Shown: one piece after another, positions 1 to 15,900 of the stretch
Numbering within the stretch: the stretch's first letter is position 1
How the letters are laid out: every line of letters begins with the position of its first letter
Source of the DNA: Balanoglossus misakiensis
Lineage: Eukaryota > Animalia > Hemichordata
Length of the DNA stretch: 64,000 bases
Reading direction: 5' to 3'
NCBI GenBank assembly: GCA_040954595.2
Contig: CM082598.2
Location: 3,528,465 to 3,592,464, forward strand
Program-made: the position numbers and the translations under genes
The notes under the pieces: generated by a model
Database searches by the model: none
Told to the model about the DNA's origin: nothing
The model's input: only the letters and a program-made list of their open reading frames with translations

Positions 1-2
1 AG

Positions 3-3587
<3,585 letters not shown>

Positions 3588-3632
3588 ACCTACCGGGTTG
3601 ACGTTAGTCAGGTATGGGGGTCACACAGGCAA

Positions 3633-3638
3633 AATAAA
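3633..3638 (+). terminator. polyadenylation signal of LDLa gene
   Basis: AATAAA about 45 nt after the stop codon, followed by GT-rich sequence. Confidence 0.55.
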
Positions 3639-4541
3639 CTTTGTGTGTGTGGACGCAAGCGACTCAAAGGATTAATGCTCTGTGTTTACCATAGGCAAAT
3701 AGTGTCTCAATTTTTTCCCTGTCTGAACCTGGTAAGACTGTCTGTATTGAAAATGATACATTATGCCAACGATTCACACCTCTAGACGTACTGAAATAGT
3801 TTTTCCTGTCAAAAAAATAAAATTCAAACACGTGAGATGGCATTTGAGAAACTAGTTTGTTTTGTTGATAATGATTTGCTGTATGCGCCATCGCCTCTGA
3901 CGAACATCTGGTAATGGGTCTGTTATCTACGTGGTCAATGGTTTTCTTGCGTAGCCACGCTATTCAAATTCTGGTGGGAGTGGCTTGTTGACATTACTGA
4001 TTATTTTGGTACCAGCTGCTGAGAATTACATTTGCTGTGTCCCAAATGATTTTAACGTTGATTATTTATAACCCTGTATAATTCTGGCTACCTTACATAT
4101 AGTTCGTGATATCGGGTCAAATCAATATTTCTCTCGTATAGCTGATGCGTGCATGCTCGTTCAAGTCACCTACTTATGCGTATCATCACTTTTTGTATGG
4201 TTGTGTTGTTTGAAGGACACCCATGGCGATACTAGTACAGTGAGGCATGTTTTATCTTACAATTCTAACTAACATAAGCTTTGCGTTAACGTTAACTTTA
4301 TACTCTATAACCACCACCCCCCCCCCCCCTTCTCCTTGAATAGAATTCACTGCAAGGCGAAGAAAACTTTTGATAATTATAAAAGTTAAGGAACAATCGA
4401 CTACCAGTATATCCGCTGTGGAATCCATTTTATTCATACATATATGACGTCAGGATATAATCAAGTGTTAAAATTACATTGGCATAAATGATTAAGCTAT
4501 GTTGCGCGGATAGTTGCTATGACTACGGTGACAGATCATTT

Positions 4542-4748
4542 TCATGGAAGCGGGGGAGCTTTACACATGTAGGGCGCTGTTTTCGAACACTCCCAATCGT
4601 TCCAACTGCCACCTGGAAAAAAAAAAACATGTCAGATATCTGACTTAACTGTAGTTTTGGATGTTTAAGTACATGTCGTGACCAGAAAAAAATGCGATGT
4701 TTTAGTGGAGGGAGGGAGGGAGGGAGGGAGGGAGGGAGGGAGGGAGGG

Positions 4749-4827
<79 letters not shown>

Positions 4828-5767
4828 TAGATAGATAGATAAGTGTTTGCCAATAAATTTACCTGTGTTATACCACATTGCAACACAGTCTTCGTTATTG
4901 TAATTGTCGGGTTGATCGGGACCCCAATGTTGAAAAGTTAGTGGGGAGCCATCAGTCCAGTAAAACGACGCTTCCTGGAAGAAAATGGTTGACAATAGTA
5001 AGAAGGCTATGGTGTACATTATCGGTGGTATGGTGTGAACCTGCCACACCAGCCTTGCTCCTCCCTGAAGTTGTACAGTCTGTTGTAGCGAGATACATGC
5101 AGATCGAGAAGGAAAATAAAAAGCCACCTGTGGTCTAGACGGTATGAATGCTTTACTGATAATAAAAATGTATCACCCTAATCAAAACACATCTCAATTT
5201 CTTTCCTGGTGTCAACTCATCTTCATTAGACTAGTCTTGTAAATTGTACTGTTTCTCATCAACTGAGACTGACAATGTTTACAATCACATTTTTTTCAGC
5301 ATTTCGTATGTGCAGCTCAATCGATGGGTTTTTATTGTATTTATCAGTATTGATATTGTGCAGACTCCAACCTTCGCAATATCATCCAGGCCGATCCAAG
5401 TGTCTGTCGTAATACGGAACCTGACGTATTCATTTTCCGCTGTTGTATGAATGGAAACCAAATTGCCGCCAGGGGCATTAGTTCTACAGCTTGCGTCGGC
5501 ATCTCCATAGTTGAAAAGATCGCTGAACAGTCTGTAGCAATTGCCTTCGAATTCACCGTAGCCAGCCGGACATGCTGTCAGTACTGAATATAGACACAGA
5601 AAAACTACCGATTAATCCGATGAAACGACTGAACTAAACAAATCTTTTCGTGACATATTCGTTGTATAGATCAGACAGCCTGTAAAAATGTGTCAAAATT
5701 AAAACTTACCACGCCCTGGTGCAACACACACTACGAGAAATGCTAGTCCGAGAGTTTTCCAACTCAT
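4542..5767 (-). CDS. secreted single-domain C-type lectin (~150 aa), QPD/WND motifs, predicted galactose-type
   Basis: Coding exons 5767-5710 (signal peptide MSWKTLGLAFLVVCVAPGR), 5583-5372 (CPAGYGEFEGNCYRLF...LVSIHTTAENEYV...TWIGLDD), 4974-4863 (FYWTDGSPLTFQHWGPDQPDNYNNEDCVAM), 4612-4542 (SWNDWECSKTAPYMCKAPPLP*). Phases are consistent; total 453 nt. Confidence 0.95.
4707..4841. repeat. compound microsatellite (GGGA)n(GACA)n(GATA)n
   Basis: Direct reading; in the last lectin intron. Confidence 0.95.
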
Positions 5768-6065
5768 CTTCTGTCGATTGGGAATAAAGAGAGGATATGG
5801 TTGAACGAATAACAAAATAGTAGCTAGTAGCAATCGGATCCTCTACATTAACAGAATTGGCGAAGCATGCAATAATTGTTAATGTGTATAGCCTACTGCA
5901 ACATTAACTGATAGTATCACATGGCTAAATATGACATAGTAAAGAAAATCGCAATTACATACTGGAAATCATGCAGTAATTTCAAATTATCTAACTAATA
6001 CATATTTTCATATTTTATTTTGGTACACAACATGCACCATTAAGGCAAGCCATTCTACAAAAACT

Positions 6066-6125
6066 ACTCACCTATGTAATTGCCTGAAGAAATGTCAAGA
6101 TTCTTACGCGTGGATGTTTTTTATA
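6066..6125 (-). promoter_or_regulatory. putative TATA box and short non-coding first exon of the lectin gene
   Basis: Minus-strand TATAAAAAA at 6125-6117 and GTGAGT donor at 6071-6066. A matching polypyrimidine/CAG acceptor lies at 5773-5771, just upstream of the ATG. Confidence 0.55.
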
Positions 6126-6589
6126 CTTTGATCGTGAGAATGAACACCAGCGCCGTTCGAATTATTTTATCGAGACGCTGATATAGGCCCTATATCATAA
6201 AGTACGAGACAATTATAATCTGTTGGATGGCTATACGTTAAGCGATTAAATTGGCTAAGGTATTTCAACTGTCAGACATTGCGATATTTTTCGCAATATT
6301 AACGTCAAAATTGTTTATCTGACTGATAAGCCGTGTGAAACACCCAAGTGTTGATGTAACAAATTACCCGTGACACAAATCTAACATTTTCGGTCTGATA
6401 AAGGGAGTCACGACTGACATGACATTTCAAGATATAAATATAGTTGCCACTTCTGGCATACTTTTAATAGATAAACTACTTGAATCTTCTTATCCACAGC
6501 AGACGATGATTGTACCCCTGTTTTTTTTTGGTGTAGCGGCATCAGTTCTCCTATAGACCTATGCGGTACTTTCAGCTGTTCATACTCGG

Positions 6590-6990
6590 GTAAGCACGTA
6601 CATGTATGATGTACACGCGTACGCGCTCGTGTTTGGATTCATCACGGTCACAGTGACCCGTGGATTGCGCTGCCCTACTGGAGGAAACAAATTACCCGCC
6701 ACCGTACGCGTTTAGTCAAGATGGCGTCCCGGCGACAGAGCAAGGGGAAAACTCGTGGAAATGTGGACTTGGTGCCCGGTTACCATGGTGAAGATAGGGC
6801 TTCTGGAGGTAATTGAGCAGGTTTTAAGTGAGGCCTAGAAGGATAGCGTAAACATGTGAATCTGTGCGTGCGCTCGCGCGTGCGTACAGGGGCGCGCTGG
6901 GTTAGAGACCGCGCCTGCGTCCCGAACGCGTATCGCGACCTCTACGGTCAAGCTGCATCGCGCAATCGCCCGGTCGTTTTCCGGCCAATT
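6590..6990 (+). promoter_or_regulatory. CpG-rich promoter/first-exon region of zinc-finger gene A with YY1-type motif over the start codon
   Basis: Dense CG dinucleotides and GCGC tracts; CAAGATGGCG at 6717-6726. Confidence 0.6.
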
Positions 6991-9900
6991 TTGTTTTAAA
7001 AGGAAACCCCACTATATATTTTTTCAAACTCGAAGACATTGTGGTGATCGGGAGACCCCTTCCCCCAAGCTGGAATCATCGTGTCATAGTTTTAGCAGTC
7101 ATTCTTATCTTCACGATCGCGGCGACGTGGGTTGTGTAAACAAAAATACAATGCACAACACGAGTTTTCTCCCAATCCTGAAAATGTCTCCGAGTTTGAA
7201 AAGTGGGCCTTGCTGTTTAAAAATAATTCAACACACACTGCCGTTAACATCAACCACAACTCGAAACCAATATACTTGTGTCTGATAGAAAGGCCCCACT
7301 GTTTGTGGGTGCTTTTATAATCATTAGTATGTAGTGTGAAATGTACATAACATGTACGTTTCACACTACAGACAGTACAATACTAAATGCATGTACAGTA
7401 CAGTCAGATCAATAATCGAAACACGCCACATAGTCAACACCAACACATGAATGCAACAAACCGATATAGATCATACTCTTTGTAAAGCATAATATTAAAA
7501 TATAACCTCATTCGAGTAAGAACATGACATGCTTAATATGTACACTGCATTGTCAGGTAAACACTCAACCATGGTTGTACATTGTATTGTTAATATGACC
7601 ATGGAGATATATAGTAATTGATTTATAGTTAAATACCTCCATGATATGGCCTGTGGTTTTAATGAGAATGTACCACAATTTCATTTCTGTGAAAGTGCTG
7701 CTTATGTTCACTAAAACATGCCTGCAACCAGACTAACCAAACAAGAACCAAACTAAAATTTTGGCTATTTTGCATTATCTACTCAACTACAGTTTCTTGT
7801 TCTACTCTGGATAGCTTTATCATTCATGAAATGTTCACTTTAAGCCTCTCAACAACAAAACCTTACGGCCATTGTTATCCTTGACAAACGAATTAAAATC
7901 CAAACTTGAATTCAAAGTTCAACAATAACAATGCTGATTACTAGCCAAGGGCTGGTTGTACAGTTTTGTGAAGAAACAGATGCCGTGATGGATGCAGGAT
8001 ATTTATTTGATGTGGAATGAAAATGGAAATAAAGCAAGTATGGGTGACTGGGAGACATCAATGGCTGGAGTTCTGTACATGTTTGCGTCCAAAAGTACAC
8101 ATACACTGAAGATCCCTCGGGCCCCCCTCTGAAGATTGTTATAATGGATAATGGATACTGATAGGAGTTGTATCCTCCTGGAACCGCCTGGAAAGTCCTG
8201 GAATTTAATATTAACAACACTCCTTGGAAGTCTGATGGAAATCTTGGTGGGATTCCGGGAGGAAATTTACACACTGGAAAACCCAGATGAAAATCATGAT
8301 TGACATTGTAATTGCTCCTCATTTGCATATGCAGAATTCCTGAGTAAATGGACTTTGATCGCACTTCTGTATTATTAGTTAACACTACCAGTTTGAAAGA
8401 TGTACACTGTAGGAAAGATGGTGTGAACACATTCCTGTTGCTGATTCGGACTTAAAGTCTCCACTGGTCCATAAGCTAGTCAGTATGCAGTGCCTTTTCT
8501 CTGATTCCTGAGTCCTGATCTAGCAAAAATTACACGTGTGAAAATAAGAGAAGCAAATTCCTGATTACATTATGTGGACGTGCAGTCATCCAGGTATTTC
8601 AGGGGCACATGGATTTCGCTTATTCAGATGCAGCAATGGTGGCGTTGTAGACAAAAAAATGGAATCGTACCACTGCCACCGGTGGCATGGCCAACCAGGT
8701 GAAGATCGAAACAACTGAACTGAACGACGTACTACAGGAGAGGAAGCCATAGAACCCCCTTCACCACCACCACCACCACCACCAACAATTGCTGCTACAG
8801 GTCATCTTTTACTGTAGATATCAGCATTTGGTTACTACAGTACATGTACAACATCTACATGTACATAAGCTACTGTACAAAATCAGGGTTATCAACGGTA
8901 ACCACATGTTCAACTAGATGGACAGGTTTTAACCCTTTCACCCCCAGCTCCCTGTATACAGAGGTCCAACTCTACCATAGATAACAATGGATTTGGACCA
9001 TACCATGGTGGTGAAATGGGTCAATGCTGTGATATGCCATGTGGATGCAGTAATAATCGTACTACATGCAGTGGCGTCTATTCCATGATTGTACAAGGAG
9101 GCAGTTCCAGGTGGAGGAATTTGGTTTTCAGCGAGAAATGTTGGATCTGGTGCTGTACACTTGTATATTGTGTCTGTTCATACACAACCAGGGAAGCACA
9201 AGTATAGATCTGCAACAATGTACAAGCTCTGATGCCTGGTATACTTGTATTTGAAAGACAACCCTTGTCAAAGGTACTGCTGCAGACACAGGCCTGGAAA
9301 GCAAGTATAGCCAAACTGTCTATACAACCTACCTTTGTAAATATTTTGCTGTATCCCTCTAGAGTCTACATGTAAGCAAGTGTTGTAAGTAAGGAACATT
9401 TCAACAAATAAAATTCTTTTGAAATTAGAATCCACATTTTATTCATGCATTATACATTATATAACTTATATTTTTCAGCTACTTCAATGAATCATGTGTC
9501 TGCACTGTTTGATAGAAATGTACCTGGGCGAAAATGGATTGGTGACAGTGATGCATAGACTTTCTCATGTCATTGTAAGGATGACATACATAGCTGTCCT
9601 ATTTTTGCCTCTGGCAGACAGGTGGAGTATGTGTAATACATTTCCAACTGCTGTCGGTGTTGTTAATGACTTGCGTATATGTTTCATTTTATTGCATTTT
9701 TGTTTTCTCATCACACTTCAGGTCATCAAGCAGCCATTAGGCAAGAGGCTTCATGGCCCGGTCTCGGTCCAGCCAGGCATCAGGGTACGGGTGGTGGTTT
9801 TGACGGCCGTGGTCAACAAGGGCAAACTCTGCAGACCCATTTTGATTCTTCCGTAGGCGCAGGCGCTCAAGTGGGGTTGAGTCAGATGCCAAATGTTTCT

Positions 9901-12900
9901 GACCCGCGGAGTGCTTTCTTGCAATATCCAGCACTCGGGCACGAAAAGCAGCAGTTGTACCCGAATCCGTCGTTTCAACCGCAGCAGCAGCAGAGCCCCC
10001 AGTTTCAGTTCCAGCAACAGAACCCGCAGTTGCAGCTACAAGCCCAGACGCAGCTGCAGTCGTACCAAGACGCCCAGCACCTTCAACAGCAACAGCAGCT
10101 GCAGCAGCAGCAATACCAACATGCACAGCAACACCGCCACCAGCAGACAGTGATGCAGTCAAACTATCGACAGCAGGCAACCCCCCAGCAGTATCAGAAA
10201 TCTGGAAATTTCCACGAGCAGCCGAGATCCGAGTATCCCAGTAGAGGTGACGGAGGAAACACCTGGGAAATGTCCCGGTACAGCTTGGAACAAGATCAGC
10301 CAATGGAATACGGAAAATCCCTGGAAAAGCCAGGTGCAGCCGGAGAGGGCGACTTCCACAGCAGGAATGTTCCCGCCACTGGATATGGGCAACACGAAAC
10401 TCGCCATTCTGGGAAGCGCGGAGATCATCATACCAGTAAACAAGAGCAGGGGTCTTCTTCCAGGAACCATGGCGACAGACGCGACGCGTCGCCGCCGAAA
10501 GGACGCGGGGCTCAAAGCCGAGGGAAGTCATCGAGCGAGTCTCACAGCCGACACCAAGATTCCACCCGGCACAAACCACACGCGGATGATTACAGCCGGC
10601 AGCGAGTCCCTAGTGATGACGTGGATGAAAATCAGTACGCGTATCGCCGAGATGGAGATCATAAGAAATCGGGCGGCTCTAGAGGGCGCTCTGACGCGCG
10701 TGGGGCTTCCCAAGATCAGGCAGCGCCCTTGTTCGGGGGGAGCACCAGAATCGTGGAGGTCTACAACAGAAGCCAAAAGGGCCTGGGTGTGACCGTCAAG
10801 ACAGAGGCGTCGAAGTCTTCCAGGCACGTCAAAGCAGGTGGTGACAGAATCTCTGGCTATGGTGACTCGTACGTGGAAGAGAGCAGTGCGGCCTTGTTTG
10901 CGGAACCAGCCAGACGCGTGGAGTTGTACGAGAAAGCCAAGCCACCTACCAGCAGCGGGTACAAGAACCGTCCTGCATCGGACCGGTACGAAGACCCCTT
11001 CGGAACAGCGGAAAAAGCTGGGTATGCAGACTACAACGGAAGATCTGCTGATGCTAGAGACAAGCAGTCTAGGTACAAGCGAGCTGAAGGCAGCGCTGCA
11101 GGTCTGACCGGGTTCGGAACGTCCACTGTCCACTACGAAGCATCTGCTGAGCCGCCTTCTAAAAAATCCCGCACGGTTGCGAAACCCCCATATCAGAAAG
11201 GAGAGCCAGGCAGAGATGATAGAAGTCAACGGAGTAGAGACTTGCCTTATTCTAAACCGCAGACCGCTGCCACATCTACTCAAGTTGAGGACATCAAGAA
11301 GAAAATTGATTTGATTCACAAGAGCCTGTCGGCTGATAATCCTGACAAGGGTGCACTGTCCCAGTTATCGAAGATCCATGACATGCTCGGCAAGCTGCAG
11401 GACCAGGTCGGCGGCGGCGGTCCGGGCTCTGGCGTCGGCGAGAAGCGCCCGCAAGGAAGCCGGCATCCCAGAGATCCCAGACAAGGTGGTCGGGAACGTG
11501 CCGGGTACGCCTCCCAAGGAACCAGCGGGAGAGAGCGAGTCTCCGAGCTTGACGCCGTTCCGCTCGGCGAGCCCGGCCGCGAACTGGAGGCGGCGCTGAG
11601 CATGCGGCAGTACATCGAGACGCGGATGTCCGCGGGGGACACCGACCGGGCTCTGGCCAGTCAGTACAAGGAGATTTACGACGGCCTGGCGCAGCAGATC
11701 GGTCAGATCGAAGCTCATGGTCACTCCAGGGGGAAACCGCCTCACAGAAGAACGCAGACTTCAACGATGGCGCCAGATTTCGACCGCGCCGCTCCAGAAG
11801 TACAAACAGACTTACGAGATCAAACATCGATGCGTGAGTACAGCCAGAGTGATCCAAAACTGAATCCAGCTTTTGGTCCTGAAGATCCGTCGTTCACAAG
11901 AGAATATGGCCGCAGTGATCAAGAATTCAGGAGGGTTTACGGTCTCGATGATCCTGATACGTTAGATTACCGTCGCGATTCGTACGACCGAAGAGATAAA
12001 ACCGGTTCTGGTAATCCAGCTTTTGGTCCTGCAGATCCGTCGTTCACAAGAGAATATGGCCGCAGTGATCAAGAATTCAGGAGGGTTTACGGTCTCGATG
12101 ATCCTGATACGTTAGATTACCGTCGCGATTCGTACGACCGAAGAGATAAAACCAGCTCCGGCACGCAGGCTGCGGAATCCTCAAAAACAACACCATACCC
12201 GGAAAGCAGCAGAAAGGGAACGGAAAAACTGGAGAAGACGTCTCGGGATCATGGATATAAATCTGTGGCAAGGGATGAGGGTAGTGCTAGTTCTAATATG
12301 AAACAACTAACTGGTACTTCGTCCAGACAGACGATATCGCCTACGCCCGGCCGGGAGGAGGAAACAAGAAGGAGAAGGCAACGAAGAAACTCCACGGTAT
12401 GGTCACGATTTTCATAATTTTTCATATGCTTCATGAATACCCTGTTTTGTACTGGAATAATACATGTAGCACTAAGTTGTATTACAAAGTTCAGAAATGA
12501 AGTTGAAAGCAAACGTCATCGATTTCAAGGCCTTTTATGAAAATTTGGTAACTCAGTCATACTGGTAGATATTATTCCAGCATACCAAACTTGGTATCCT
12601 TCCTTAATTTGTCAAATGTGTGTAGTACTTGTGTAGAAGTTTCGTTGCATTCAAATAGGTATGAAGCTGTCTTAGTGGATTCATTGGTGGTCTTTTCCCT
12701 GAAAAAGCCACGCAAATTCGAGTGACATACTTATTGTATGTGCATGTATGACGTGGTGTTTGGCCAAATTCAGAATAGCCAATGTTGTCCAGAATTAATT
12801 TCACCATCCGGCGAACCAGAAATGTTTTAGCATGAGTGGTTGTCAGCTTCGTAGTTTGGCGTACTGTCTGTGTGTCTGCGTTCACTGTCCAGTCACTAAC

Positions 12901-15900
12901 AGTTCAGCGTTCTGTAGTTTGCAGGCCAAGCTTACATGTAGTACATGTAATGTTTACTGCACAAAGTTCAGGTTACAGACTGTGAGTGGGAGTATGATAG
13001 AATTAGTGTAGTTCATTTTGCATAGTATAGTATCATGATTCCAAACACAAAACGATCACCAAGCACTGTATGGGATTGCGGTCCCAGGGCCATCAACGAT
13101 GAGCCGACTGATGAAATTTCCAGTGTTGTGGCCTATGGGTATGCAGATGTCTGGTCGTCGAACGGGATCATCCAGAATAATCCATGGAAGATTGATTCTT
13201 GTCAGTTACTACATTCAGGTGCCTGTGGTTCACCTGTTGAAGAAGAGACCCAACAGAGGAACTGACCAATCAAGAGCAAGCTATCAGACCGTTTCATCTC
13301 AGCTCCTCGAACACCTCTGTGAAGTCCTGTAACCCTCCGTCGGTGTTCTTCCCAGGAATTTCAGACAAAGTATTGGCTTATATTTATAACGATGATGATT
13401 AATTTATTCTTGGGAGAACACCACCATCCAAGTTCCACCACCACGCTTACTTTGATTCGACCCCTGTGAAACAAGATGGCCGACGTTCTCCAGGAAATGG
13501 AACCACTGCTATGGTAACATGTGGAGGGGTGATGCCGCAATTTTCTGGTCGCTTAACAGAACTGTGAAGAGATGGAGACATTGGCTCAACAGATTGGTGT
13601 GATTGCTGATACCCTTGACCATGGAATATCCATACATGTATCCAGTATTCTTGTGTAGGGATTATCCTTGTACGTACCGGGACATGAATAACATATTGTG
13701 TCAATGTTACCAGCTAACATCAGTGATGGCTGTGTCTACACGTTGTGGTACCAAACATATGCCTGTACAAGGATGCTGTTGGAAGCTGTGTTGTGTACAC
13801 TGTGACCCAGTTCGAGTCCAGTTTGTTTCATGGACATGGATATTGGTTGAATTCATAATACACGTATGGAGTTGTCGATACAACAAGTGCTGCAGTTAAG
13901 CATTGCTGTTGGTTGATCAGGGTTGTATCTCAAACTTCATTTGATTATATTTTATGTCGCAGTTCTGTCAACATCATCCTTGTTCTTATTGTTGTTTTCT
14001 AACATTTTTATTGTTCTGCTTTCATCCCGTGCAGAGAAATCAACATGGCGTCCTGTGCTATGTCTGTGACGAGAACTACGAAAATGTGACAGTAAGTATA
14101 TGTATAATGGATTTTGAGTGAAAATGAGCTTGTACCAGAGAAAGTGGGTCAAAGAAAAAAAACAGACTTATGTTTGTGAAGTTAGCTTTGGATACACTTA
14201 ACGATAGGATTGGATAGAACATTATTGTGTTTCATTTGTATTTTGTGAATTGTTTTCATCAGGCGTATGTGGATCACCTGCAGGGGAGTTTGCACCGAAA
14301 GAACTTGGAAACCTCAAAGCACAGAAGGGTGAGTTTTTTTTTTACTTGGTTGCATAATTGCTGAACTGAGTTGGTGCTGGAAAACAGCATACAGGAATGT
14401 GATGATTATGAATTCAGTTTTCAATGACCGTTACTCATACACGTACAAACTTTGTTCAGAAGCTCAAGACTGGATGTTTCATGATAAAGTTATCCAGAGT
14501 GGGGCAATAAGAAACCGCAGTTTGTACATGGAAAGAAACGCTGAAAAAAGCCAAAAGACAGTCAGTTCGAGGGCTTCAACATTTACTAGTGCAAATTGTA
14601 TTTGCATTCCATATCATCAGTGCATAGTACACTGCGAAGATCTGACTATTTTATCCTTGTTTCATTGCAGAGAAGCGAAGAGGATATTTCTGGCACTGCC
14701 TTGGGTAGAGGGACCACAGCAGATGCGGTGAATATACCCGAGACACCTGCTGCGGAACACACTGGTAGTGGCAGACCACTAACTGATGATTTGGTATGAT
14801 GACTGAAATTGTAATCATTTAAGCGTCTCGAAACACTGATAAGAACTCCAATATAATTAGCCAGAGTAAACTGAGATTGCTACGCTGAAGTCGGCATCTG
14901 GTTACGTTTGTTTTGATCATTAGAACTGATTAGAGCAGTTCTGTATCAACACACTCTGGGGGGTGTCCTGCTTCGAACATGTCTAAAACACATGTGTACA
15001 CTGAGAGGGGCAACAGGACATGTTGATACAGAGCTATGTAATCAGTTATAATGATCATTGCAAATGTAACCAGATGCCAACTCATTCATAAAGTCTTCGA
15101 TTACTCTGGCTAATTATATTGGAGTTCTTATCAGTGTTTTGAGACGCTTAAATGATACCCGTTGTACTGTGTCAAACATTGATTTTGGCACTGTATGACA
15201 TTTTGTCTTTTTTTTTACCAGACGGCCCAGATGTTCATTGTTGCTATTCTTGTATTCAAAGAATGGTGAAATAATATCAAGGTATCTCTAGATAACACAT
15301 ATGAAGGAATTGATATGCAGCCATGTACATGTAATATTCCTGTCTTCCAGACCCTGCCATCCCTCACAATCCAGGAAAGACTTCGGTCGATCTTCAGCTT
15401 TCAAGATGATGACCGATTCTGCCTTGTCTGCAATCAAGCAGTCTCAAACAACGTCACAGTAAGTCTCCATGTCCAGGTTTCAGCATCTCACACTTTACTG
15501 TGGTAGCCAATACAAGGAACCCACTGAATTTTCATGTTTCAACATTCCGTTTGGTGTGGTTCTCTAACCAATTATTCTGCTGTGCTCATGAAAAGAGTCA
15601 GGTATATCTCATTCTATCCAGGGCTATCATTGGCCGAAGTATTCTGATTGGTGAATATATATTTCCTATATTGGATTGTTCAAAATTTACAATGACGAAG
15701 GACAACAATCGTACAGAAAGAGGCAGATTTGGATGTTCTCGTAATATGTGCACACACACACACACACACACACATCCTGAAAACTGTTCATGATTCTCTC
15801 CACAGCTTGCTGTTCATTGTGGCCGGCAACGCCACCAGATAATGCAGGCCTTGCTGGATGAAATTGCCGAGCTCAATTGCATCATCGAGGACTTCGCGAA

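Noticed and set aside
8600-8805. Exon-like purine/CCA-rich segment in intron 1 of gene A
   Set aside because: Frames tested from the nearby AG sites hit stops, and exon 1 joins 9722 in frame without it; a minor or poison exon cannot be excluded.
9737-12512. Many antisense and alternative-frame ORFs over the large GC-rich exons (also 17517-18107, 20542-22296, 29773-32307)
   Set aside because: Shadow ORFs of GC-rich coding sequence; no recognisable motifs or independent splice structure.
12990-13920. Coding-like composition in intron 2 of gene A, possibly a decayed transposon or nested gene
   Set aside because: Only short ORFs with frequent stops on both strands and no motif I can recognise; needs BLASTx.
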